This document shows, one piece after another, positions 1-7,720 of a stretch of DNA of 13,468 bases. The translations under genes and the position numbers were made by a program. The notes under the pieces were generated by a model that saw only the letters and a program-made list of their open reading frames with translations, had not been told where the DNA came from and did not search any database. Within the stretch, counting starts at the first letter, position 1, and each line of letters starts with the position of its first letter. Origin of the DNA: Cyanobacteriota bacterium (GTDB lineage: Bacteria > Cyanobacteriota > Cyanobacteriia > Cyanobacteriales > Nostocaceae); assembly GCA_046045965.1 (NCBI GenBank), contig JBJOKS010000060.1:1-13468 (forward strand), written 5' to 3'.

Positions 1-150
1 TTGAGTTTAGGAACTTGTTTATTTGTTTGGTTTCAGTTAGGTAGTTTGTTAGAATTTGTTAGCAGTCGTGGAATGCAATCTTTAGATTTAGATTCTTGGT
101 CTTAAACAACTATTTTCTAGGAATTTTGAATGCTCCACTAACTTTGATTG

Positions 151-200
151 AAAACCACATCTGCGATAAGAAAGTTAATCTTATCTGCATTTGTGGTTTT
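151..200 (-). terminator. Imperfect ~21-bp stem-loop just downstream of the last GT8-like gene; possible terminator or mRNA-stabilising hairpin
   Basis: AAAACCACAtcTGCGATAAGA (151-171) pairs with TCTTATCtGCAttTGTGGTTTT (179-200) around a 7-nt loop. It begins 6 nt after the stop codon at 207-209. The U-tract is short (TTTT). Confidence 0.5.
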
Positions 201-206
201 ATTTAT

Positions 207-1241
207 TCATTGACTAATTCTATCTGTGAAATTACGATATTTCAGCTTTAGATTTTTAATCTTTTTTCCTATAAAACCCGTAGTAGCCTTTTGTAACTTG
301 CTCAAAGAACTGGGACGTTTAAAACTTTGTGGACGTTGTTCTGGGGATTTTAAATATCTATAGTGTAAAAATACATCGCGGTAAGCAATATCAACATCTT
401 CACCTGCACAGAGCCTAGTAAATTGTGACGCTGATATACTCATATAATGCAGGTATGTTAAACGTCTTCCTTTGTCATAAAGAACATTATCTATTTGCTC
501 AAATTTAGAACTCCAATGATTACCTGTTGTTTGTTCTGATTTATTATAAGCAAAGTTATAAAAAAGAATATCACCTTTGATTACCATGTAATTAAATAGT
601 GATTGATCTGGTCCTGTCAATGCCATAACATCAGCTTCACCAGATTGAAGTTTATTTAAAAAATAGTCTAAATCTGCCTGTGAAAAAATATGTTTTTTAG
701 CACCAAACCAACCAGCACAAAATATATGTGATGGTATTTTTTCAGGTAGAAAAACTTGATTGATTAAATCTAGAGAACCATCAAAAACATATTTCAGATC
801 AGATTTATATTGAAAATCGTGAACTACCCAATCGTAGTCATTCAATTTATCATATATATAATCTATCGGACCCATTAATAAGGTATCAGCATCAAAATAA
901 ATAAATTTTTCAAAGTCACCGTCTAAAGCGCACAGTTTACGATGCATGGGTAGACGATACAGTTCTGACAATCCCCCTTCTCGCCATTTTTTTTGCGCCC
1001 TGGGATAATTTTTCCATACTTGGGTAGCAAAGTTATCCCAGAAATTAATGGCATCAGCATCCTGAAATAAGGTGACATTATCCCTGGTGTCAATCTCTGC
1101 CTTTACCTGATCTAACCTATCATCATAGGGAATCACACAAACAGGAATTTCTCTACCAGCATTAACTTCAATACTATTAAGTAAAGCTACCAATTGGTCA
1201 TAAACTACATCGTTAGCTAGGGTATAAATACCATTAACCAT
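207..1241 (-). CDS. GT-A fold, GT8-like glycosyltransferase (cyanobacterial Npun_R2821/R2822-like family), paralog 3
   Basis: 344 aa. N-terminal GIYTLAND, DxD motif (YFDADT), FCAGWF, DQSLFNY, LYDKGRRLTYLHY and a basic C-terminal tail. AGGAG RBS upstream at about 1249-1253 on the minus strand. Family name is from recall. Confidence 0.75.
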   Translation of the reverse strand: MVNGIYTLANDVVYDQLVALLNSIEVNAGREIPVCVIPYDDRLDQVKAEIDTRDNVTLFQDADAINFWDNFATQVWKNYPRAQKKWREGGLSELYRLPMHRKLCALDGDFEKFIYFDADTLLMGPIDYIYDKLNDYDWVVHDFQYKSDLKYVFDGSLDLINQVFLPEKIPSHIFCAGWFGAKKHIFSQADLDYFLNKLQSGEADVMALTGPDQSLFNYMVIKGDILFYNFAYNKSEQTTGNHWSSKFEQIDNVLYDKGRRLTYLHYMSISASQFTRLCAGEDVDIAYRDVFLHYRYLKSPEQRPQSFKRPSSLSKLQKATTGFIGKKIKNLKLKYRNFTDRISQ

Positions 1242-1267
1242 AGTAAATCTCCTGAATACTAAATAGG

Positions 1268-2149
1268 TTACTTAATGAACGATAATAAGCGACTGGTGAG
1301 TTTAGAAATTTCTGCAAATCTCCCCTGATGCAGATAGCGATAGTATTGCCATAACTGCCAATAAGGACTTCCTGGTTTCATTTTTATCCCTGCCCAATGC
1401 AAATATTTTAATCTTTTTCCTTTGTCATATAGGATATAGTCTTGCTGTTGGAAATTAGGAGAACCACCCCAGCTACCTGGTCCGCCACCAGGAATTTTTA
1501 CAAGATTACCGCGTTTAGCAATGAGTTTGAGAACAAGATAATTTAAAATGGGTTGGTCTGTTACTCCTTCTGTAAAATCAAAGTATTCTCTATGCTTTGC
1601 ACATTCACTTAATGTAGCTTCCATTTGTTCCTGAGTGAATATACCCTTGCGTGAACCCCAAAAGCCACTATTAAATACATCTTCTAGTTGAGGTTCTGTA
1701 AAAATTTGCTGCTCTTTAACTAGGGTAGAAAATATATTTCTCAGTTGATCTTTAGCATGATGATAATCACAACAGAAGAAGTCAACTTCAGCTAGTTTTT
1801 CTAAGTTGTCAGCAATTTTTTCAAAGACGACAATATCGGTATCAATATAAATAAACTCATCTAATGGTCCGAACCATACCACTAATTTACGCATTTTGTT
1901 GGGTAAGGCTAGGAAATCTCGATCAAATATTTCTCCTATGCGTTGAGTAAACTTTTCAATTAGTTCTAAATCTGGGAAAACTTTGACATTGTGTAATGTA
2001 TCTAGGGTGTCCGCTACTTTGTGATAATTTTCATTAAATGGTATTAGATAAACTGTTACTTCTTGGTCATAAAGACGAATACTATTAAGTAAGGCAATAG
2101 CATTTTCAATTACTTTGTCGTTAGCGACTATATAAATTCCCTTACTCAT
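1268..2149 (-). CDS. GT-A fold, GT8-like glycosyltransferase (same family), paralog 2
   Basis: 293 aa. GIYIVAND, DxD (YIDTDI), FNSGFW, DQPILNY, LYDKGKRLKYLHWAG: the GT8-type DxD / NSG / DQ..LN / H..G motif series. Confidence 0.75.
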   Translation of the reverse strand: MSKGIYIVANDKVIENAIALLNSIRLYDQEVTVYLIPFNENYHKVADTLDTLHNVKVFPDLELIEKFTQRIGEIFDRDFLALPNKMRKLVVWFGPLDEFIYIDTDIVVFEKIADNLEKLAEVDFFCCDYHHAKDQLRNIFSTLVKEQQIFTEPQLEDVFNSGFWGSRKGIFTQEQMEATLSECAKHREYFDFTEGVTDQPILNYLVLKLIAKRGNLVKIPGGGPGSWGGSPNFQQQDYILYDKGKRLKYLHWAGIKMKPGSPYWQLWQYYRYLHQGRFAEISKLTSRLLSFIK

Positions 2150-2153
2150 ATAG

Positions 2154-3128
2154 CTATCCTTTAATTAATTTAAGTTTACGTAAAGCCCTAGTTAATAAAC
2201 TTGGTGGTGGAGCGATATAAGAGCGAGGAGGATTTTGAAATACTGGACGTTTTTCTGGTTCATGCAGGTAACGATAGTAAAGAAATAAATCTCGATAGGA
2301 AAACTCAATATTTTCACCTGCACATACTGCTTGACTAATTTTAGGAGCAACACCTATATAATGAATGTATGTCAGCCGATTACCTTTATCATAGAGAATA
2401 TGATCTCTTTCTACAAATTGTTTTGATGTAATAGAAGAACCAGTAATTTGTTCATCTGGTAGTTGTTTGGCAAAGTTATAAATAGCCAGACCACACCTCA
2501 TAACCATATAGTTGAGTAGCGGTTGTTCTCCTGCTCCTTTATACAATATTTCTCCTTCACCATTATGGATTTGAGATATCAACCAGTTTCTTTGCTCTGC
2601 GTTGAAAGTCCCGCGTTTAGCACCATAAAATCCTGAGCAAAATATTTCTGTATCTATACGTTTCTGCTCAAATATTTGTAATAATTTGGGGGATTTTGTG
2701 TTGTAAATTTTGCTGACATCCTTAAATTGGAAATCATAAACAATAAAATCATAACTATCTAATTTTTCAAACACTGGATTTAGAGAATTCATCACCAAGG
2801 TGTCAGCATCAAGGTAGATAAATTTATCAAATGGACCGTCAAAAGCACAAAAGCGACGATGTGCGCCATAGAGACGGAATTTACTGCTATCTAATCGTTC
2901 TGGTGCTGCTGCCAACATAAATTTATCCCAGCGTTGGATAGATTCCTGATCATCATAAAGAAATACATTGGGACGTTTGGCTATTTCCTCAGCAATGCGT
3001 TGGGTTTGGTGGTCAAATGGATAAATACAAACTGGTGTTTCTGCGCCTAAAATAGCATCAATACTATTAAGCAAAGCCACCAATTGGTCAAAAACATAAT
3101 CATTGGCAAGTGTACAAATACCATCCAT
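2154..3128 (-). CDS. GT-A fold, GT8-like glycosyltransferase (same family), paralog 1
   Basis: 324 aa. GICTLAND, DxD (YLDADT), FCSGFY, EQPLLNY, LYDKGNRLTYIHYIG and a basic amphipathic C-terminus (SLLTRALRKLKLIKG). Gaps of 3-4 nt to both neighbours. Confidence 0.75.
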   Translation of the reverse strand: MDGICTLANDYVFDQLVALLNSIDAILGAETPVCIYPFDHQTQRIAEEIAKRPNVFLYDDQESIQRWDKFMLAAAPERLDSSKFRLYGAHRRFCAFDGPFDKFIYLDADTLVMNSLNPVFEKLDSYDFIVYDFQFKDVSKIYNTKSPKLLQIFEQKRIDTEIFCSGFYGAKRGTFNAEQRNWLISQIHNGEGEILYKGAGEQPLLNYMVMRCGLAIYNFAKQLPDEQITGSSITSKQFVERDHILYDKGNRLTYIHYIGVAPKISQAVCAGENIEFSYRDLFLYYRYLHEPEKRPVFQNPPRSYIAPPPSLLTRALRKLKLIKG

Positions 3129-3131
3129 AAT

Positions 3132-4088
3132 CTATGCGTTGTGAGTAACGAATTCTGACAACCAATTAAGCAAATTGAGCTTATGTAAAATAATTTGTCT
3201 AGCTTCGGCGATCGCCTCTTTTGCAGTATACCATGCTTCAGGAGTAGAAGTCACTTCTTGGATAAACTTTATACCTTTTTCATCTAAACTTGGTAATCTT
3301 AAAAAACTCCCTGGTGGTAAGAGTTTATCGGCTGCTGGTCCACCATAGTAAATAGGTAAACACCAAGCTAGTAAACTATCCCAAAGTTTCTCACTTACAT
3401 ACCAATTATTATCCGCATAGTTTTCAATTGCCAAATTATAGTAATATGGTGCCATGCCGTACCACTTATTACCGAGTTCTCCTGAAGTTTTGACCCATTT
3501 TTCTAAACCACGTCCATAGAAATCTATTTGCATACCGCTGGAGTGTAAAGATTGCAAAAAGTTTAAACGCTGACGATGGTTAGCTGTGCGATTAATTCCT
3601 GAAGTAATCCAACTACAAGTAGCAATCTTTTCTGGACATGGCATTTCATTTAAATCTTTAAAAGAATTAGCATGATACCAAATCGCGGGCATATAATCGG
3701 GAACGGGAGCAAAATCATCTGGACCAGAAATATAGCCACAATAATTTTTAGCTTCTTGATAATTACGTTTATTTATTTCTAAAATTTCTTCTAAAGGTGG
3801 TTCTCGCAATAAATAAATAGTTCTTTCTTTACTCACACCACGAAGTAAATCAGAAATACTCAATTCTGTTTTTTTTCGCTTTTTCCGTAACCTATCTAAT
3901 AAAGATGGTGGTGGTGATGGTTGAGGAAAATCAAACTGATACATTAGCAAGAAATCTGGTTTTTCTGCTAATGCTTGCATTTGCATATTACCCCAAACGC
4001 CAAAGGGGTTGGGTGTTTGTTGCCATAGCCAGTCTCCTCTGGATTTCAGAGAGCCATAGCTGCTTATCATACCTACTGTTTTGATCAT
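3132..4088 (-). CDS. Glycosyltransferase family 10 (alpha-1,3/4-fucosyltransferase-like)
   Basis: 318 aa. YYYNLAIENYADNNWYVSEKLWDSLLAWCLPIYYGG matches the GT10 alpha-1,3-FucT motif (Y.F.L.FEN...DY.TEK...A......PIY.G). Upstream R.NF and IDFYGRG blocks fit the family. Confidence 0.8.
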   Translation of the reverse strand: MIKTVGMISSYGSLKSRGDWLWQQTPNPFGVWGNMQMQALAEKPDFLLMYQFDFPQPSPPPSLLDRLRKKRKKTELSISDLLRGVSKERTIYLLREPPLEEILEINKRNYQEAKNYCGYISGPDDFAPVPDYMPAIWYHANSFKDLNEMPCPEKIATCSWITSGINRTANHRQRLNFLQSLHSSGMQIDFYGRGLEKWVKTSGELGNKWYGMAPYYYNLAIENYADNNWYVSEKLWDSLLAWCLPIYYGGPAADKLLPPGSFLRLPSLDEKGIKFIQEVTSTPEAWYTAKEAIAEARQIILHKLNLLNWLSEFVTHNA

Positions 4089-4096
4089 ATTATTAG

Positions 4097-5314
4097 TTAA
4101 CTTATGATTTGTGGACGCATATCTTCTTGAACATAGCTTAAAATTTTAGTAATTCTATTCTCCCAAGAAAATTGTTTAGCAAAATCTATACTAGATGCAT
4201 AACCTTCTATTTTTCTGGGATATTTTTCCAAAGTATAGCGGATAGCATCAGCTAATTTATGAGGATTATCTGTTTCACACCAACTGGCAATTAAAGGAGA
4301 TGCTTTAAACTCCATTAATGGGGGAATTTCTGTCACAACCATAGGTGTACCAGATGCCATATATTGGAAAAATTTGACTGGATTTGTGAAATTAGCCGAT
4401 TTACCTGAACAGTGTGGATGAGCCAATATATCAGCAGCTTGAAACAGACTAACTAATCTTTCCCTTGGTAGTATCCAGCCTAAGAATTTAACATTTTCTA
4501 CTTGTTTTTCCTGGGCTTGCTGTTGATAAGCTTGTACTTGTGAGTCTGTGCCTCCTGTAATAGCAAACTGAATTTCTGGTAATTCTTTAGCAGCATCAAT
4601 TAAAATATCAATTCCTTTAAAAGGATATAAAGCACCGGAATAGACAACTAAATGCTTACTTCCATTAGCTAATAATTCTTGTCGCCATTTTTCTGCTGCT
4701 TCAGGCTGTCTGACTAAAAATGTTTGATTAAATCCATTATGCAGCCAAACTACTTTTTCCGGGGGCATTCCATGTTCAATCAGGCTTTGACGAATAGGTT
4801 CAGATTGAGTAATAGCTATTTGAAAATAAGGACTGGAAACTATTTCCTGCTCAATTTTTTTTTCTTGGAAGTAGTGACGTTCATAGATGGTAGGGATTTT
4901 ATTTTTAACTGCGGTTTTCACAAAGTTCCAATCGCGAGTGTGAACAATTTTTGTATGGGGTAAGATATGAAAAGGTAAATAATATTTAGTTATTACTGTC
5001 CGAGAATCCGTGAATTTGCCTCTTATTCTATCAATAGGCCAAGGTAGGGGTAAGGGAGCAACTTTTAGTTTGGCATCTACATCATAAAATTTGATAAATT
5101 CTGGATCGGGTTGTTGGGGTTGATAAGGTGAAAACAGGGAAAAGGGACTAACAGTATGATTATTTTTATCTGGATATATCAAAACTGAAGAATACCTTAA
5201 ATTAGCAGCACCATTGGCACAAAGCACATCATGGATTTCATGGGCTGTGTCTGGTTGAAAGGACAGTCCAGATGAAAAAAATATATATTGATTTTTTGAA
5301 TTAATTGTTGCCAT
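4097..5314 (-). CDS. Glycosyltransferase family 4 (GT-B, retaining)
   Basis: 405 aa. LHNG, VYSGALYPFKGIDILI, VKFLGW, AADIL, PVKFFQYMASGTPMV and FSWE..: a typical Glycos_transf_1 C-terminal domain. AGGAG upstream. Confidence 0.85.
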   Translation of the reverse strand: MATINSKNQYIFFSSGLSFQPDTAHEIHDVLCANGAANLRYSSVLIYPDKNNHTVSPFSLFSPYQPQQPDPEFIKFYDVDAKLKVAPLPLPWPIDRIRGKFTDSRTVITKYYLPFHILPHTKIVHTRDWNFVKTAVKNKIPTIYERHYFQEKKIEQEIVSSPYFQIAITQSEPIRQSLIEHGMPPEKVVWLHNGFNQTFLVRQPEAAEKWRQELLANGSKHLVVYSGALYPFKGIDILIDAAKELPEIQFAITGGTDSQVQAYQQQAQEKQVENVKFLGWILPRERLVSLFQAADILAHPHCSGKSANFTNPVKFFQYMASGTPMVVTEIPPLMEFKASPLIASWCETDNPHKLADAIRYTLEKYPRKIEGYASSIDFAKQFSWENRITKILSYVQEDMRPQIIS

Positions 5315-5387
5315 AAATTTTCAATTTCTCCTGTTCCAATATAAAATTCAATTCAATCTGATTTTCTCAAAAACACCGTCATCTTAA

Positions 5388-7637
5388 CTATATTTTAATA
5401 CCATCCTCAAATTTCTGTAAATTGTTAATCAGATAAATAGTAGCTTCATAAGCCTCTGTAAGTAATTGGTTTTGGAACTCATTATTGTCTGTCAAATTAT
5501 CAGCTACTGTACGAATACAAGCGAGTGTAGGATTAAGACCAGAACGAAATTCATCAAACATAGAACTGAATTTTTGATAATATGCAGTAATACTACTGTG
5601 ATTTTGCTCGGCAATTGCCACTAACTGTCCTTTAATTTGTCTATTAATGACATCATCGAAAACATCAACCGTATTCAAAATTCTCCATGCTGATTTATAA
5701 GATTGTTCAAGTAATTCTTGACGTTCTTGAACATCATCTACAAGATTATCAATTAATAATTGTAGCAATCCAATCAGTGAGTTTAGTTGGGTGCGAATTT
5801 CATAGGATATGCGAAGTAAGCTTTGGTTGCGGTTACCAGCAGTATCAGCATTGTTGGCAAATTGCATTGAGTACAAGTGTGAGTAGTAACCACCTTTTTG
5901 CAACAGTTCTTCATGGGTTCCCACTTCTACTACTCTTCCTTGATCTAAGACGGCTATTTGATCAGCTTTGCGAACTGTGGAAAGTCGGTGAGCAATGACT
6001 AAGGTAGTGCGATCGCGACTTAGTTCATCAAGTGCAGATTGTACCAATCTTTCAGAAACAGTATCTAAGGCGCTGGTAGCTTCATCTAAAATCAGGATTT
6101 CTGGATTTTGCAGCAGTGCGCGAGCGATCGCTAATCTTTGTTTTTGTCCACCGGATAACATGACACCGCGATCGCCTATCACTGTATCAAACTGCTGAGG
6201 TAATTTACTAATAAATTCATAGGCATTAGCTAGTTTTGCTGCTTTGATAATTTCTTCCTCTGTTGCTTCTGGTTTAGGATAGGCAATATTATTTCTTACT
6301 GAATCATTAAACAGAAAAGTATCTTGACTAACAATACCCATATTTTTTCGCACAGATACTAAATCAAACTCTCGTAAATCTATACCATCAAAGTTAATGC
6401 AACCACTTGTCGGATCATAAAATCTTGGTAACAGGTCTGCTAATGTAGATTTACCTGCACCTGAACCACCTACCAATGCTAGAGTTGTACCACAAGGTAA
6501 ATATAAATCCACATCTTTTAGTACCTGTCTTTCATGGTGAGGATAGGTAAAAGAAATAGATTTAAAATGCACTCCCTGTTTTAAATTTGTGTAATGAAGT
6601 TTACCATTACCCATAAAAGGCTTATTATCTAGCCTTAAAAACTCACTCACCATATCTACACTAGCAGCAGTGCTGGCAAAGTTACTGCGAAGACCATTTA
6701 TTTGAGAAACCAATGGCAGCAATCGTAATAATACTAATAAGTATGTCAGCATTACTGTGGAAATTGCCGTCAATCCTTCAGCAAATAAAGTTTTACTCAA
6801 AAATACGATAATTAGTAAACAAGCAATTCCCATAACTTCACTTAATGGGGCAATTACTTGTGAATTTGCCTGAGCTTGGAAATCTGCTTTTTCACGAATT
6901 CTAATTAATTTTTTAAGACGTTCATATTCTCTTTTCTCGTTACCAGTTGACTTAACTAACCTAATTCCATTTAAAACTTCTAAAACAGCAATAGAATAAC
7001 CTTTTGACAACTCACTAAGTTGTTTCCCAAAATGTTTAGAGCGATTAATGAAATACTGATTACCAAAGGTTACTAACAACAGTAGAACTGTTGCTGCAAC
7101 TGTTAATTGCCAAGATATTGACAACAACAACCCAACAAAAACTAGAATTGTAATTGATACAGTAATTAATCTAATCGTATTACTAATCACCGTAGATGAT
7201 CGACTTATTTCTCCACCTAGACGGTTGATCAAATCGCCAACCTTCATCTTGCTGTAGTAATCTATATCAACTTTTAATACAATACTCATTCCCACTTCTC
7301 GCATATCGCAAGTTATCATCCGGCTGAGAGAACTAGATGTTAATGAACCAATATAAGTAAATAAGTTCTTTAAAGTAATTATACCTACAATTGATACTGC
7401 CATCAATCCAACCCTGTAATTTTCTGGCACATCATTAAACGGATTGAGGATGACTTGCAAAATACCAGGAACGCCTTGTAAATTTAGTTCCTGTCCTACT
7501 ATTTTTAAAATTACTGGGACAACCAGAGCTGTACTTACACCATTAAATAAAGCTCCAGAAAAGCCTAATAAAATTGTTAGTAGAATTAAGCCCGAATAAG
7601 GTTTAGCAAATCTTATTAGTATATTTCTGATAAACAT
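5388..7637 (-). CDS. ABC exporter (fused TMD+NBD; HepA/MsbA/PglK-like) with a C-terminal tandem degenerate HisKA-like extension
   Basis: 749 aa. About six hydrophobic helices in the N-terminal half. Walker A GGSGAGKST, Q-loop VSQD, signature LSGGQ, Walker B ILILDE, H-loop IAHR. The NBD ends at YYSHLYSMQF (~aa 594) and ~155 extra residues follow. Confidence 0.9.
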   Translation of the reverse strand: MFIRNILIRFAKPYSGLILLTILLGFSGALFNGVSTALVVPVILKIVGQELNLQGVPGILQVILNPFNDVPENYRVGLMAVSIVGIITLKNLFTYIGSLTSSSLSRMITCDMREVGMSIVLKVDIDYYSKMKVGDLINRLGGEISRSSTVISNTIRLITVSITILVFVGLLLSISWQLTVAATVLLLLVTFGNQYFINRSKHFGKQLSELSKGYSIAVLEVLNGIRLVKSTGNEKREYERLKKLIRIREKADFQAQANSQVIAPLSEVMGIACLLIIVFLSKTLFAEGLTAISTVMLTYLLVLLRLLPLVSQINGLRSNFASTAASVDMVSEFLRLDNKPFMGNGKLHYTNLKQGVHFKSISFTYPHHERQVLKDVDLYLPCGTTLALVGGSGAGKSTLADLLPRFYDPTSGCINFDGIDLREFDLVSVRKNMGIVSQDTFLFNDSVRNNIAYPKPEATEEEIIKAAKLANAYEFISKLPQQFDTVIGDRGVMLSGGQKQRLAIARALLQNPEILILDEATSALDTVSERLVQSALDELSRDRTTLVIAHRLSTVRKADQIAVLDQGRVVEVGTHEELLQKGGYYSHLYSMQFANNADTAGNRNQSLLRISYEIRTQLNSLIGLLQLLIDNLVDDVQERQELLEQSYKSAWRILNTVDVFDDVINRQIKGQLVAIAEQNHSSITAYYQKFSSMFDEFRSGLNPTLACIRTVADNLTDNNEFQNQLLTEAYEATIYLINNLQKFEDGIKI

Positions 7638-7675
7638 TGGCTTTGATTAGATGAAGTTACATTTTACAAAAGCAC

Positions 7676-7697
7676 AAATGATAATTAATTATCATTT
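7676..7697. promoter_or_regulatory. Perfect 22-bp palindrome AAATGATAATTAATTATCATTT; candidate Fur-family (Fur/Zur) operator
   Basis: Self-complementary, in the 83-nt gap between GT4 and the ABC gene, 39-60 nt upstream of the ATG. It contains TGATAAT-TA-ATTATCA; the Fur/Zur consensus is TGATAAT-N-ATTATCA. Confidence 0.4.
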
Positions 7698-7720
7698 TTT
7701 ATAACCAGTTACAAGAAAAG

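Noticed and set aside
1..150. G/T-skewed stretch with short repeats (TTTGTTAG x2, TTTAGA x2) as a possible CRISPR, ncRNA or gene end
   Set aside because: No regular repeat-spacer period, no convincing structure or ORF, and it is truncated by the window edge.
4724..4963. 79-aa plus-strand ORF
   Set aside because: Antisense shadow inside the GT4 gene with no recognisable motif.
5687..6198. 103-aa and 67-aa plus-strand ORFs
   Set aside because: Antisense to the conserved ABC NBD and tail; typical shadow ORFs.
5388..7637. Naming the ABC gene hepA, or calling it an active histidine kinase
   Set aside because: It is HepA-like, but orthology cannot be shown by eye and the tail and neighbours differ. 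The HisKA-like repeats lack the His and there is no HATPase_c domain.
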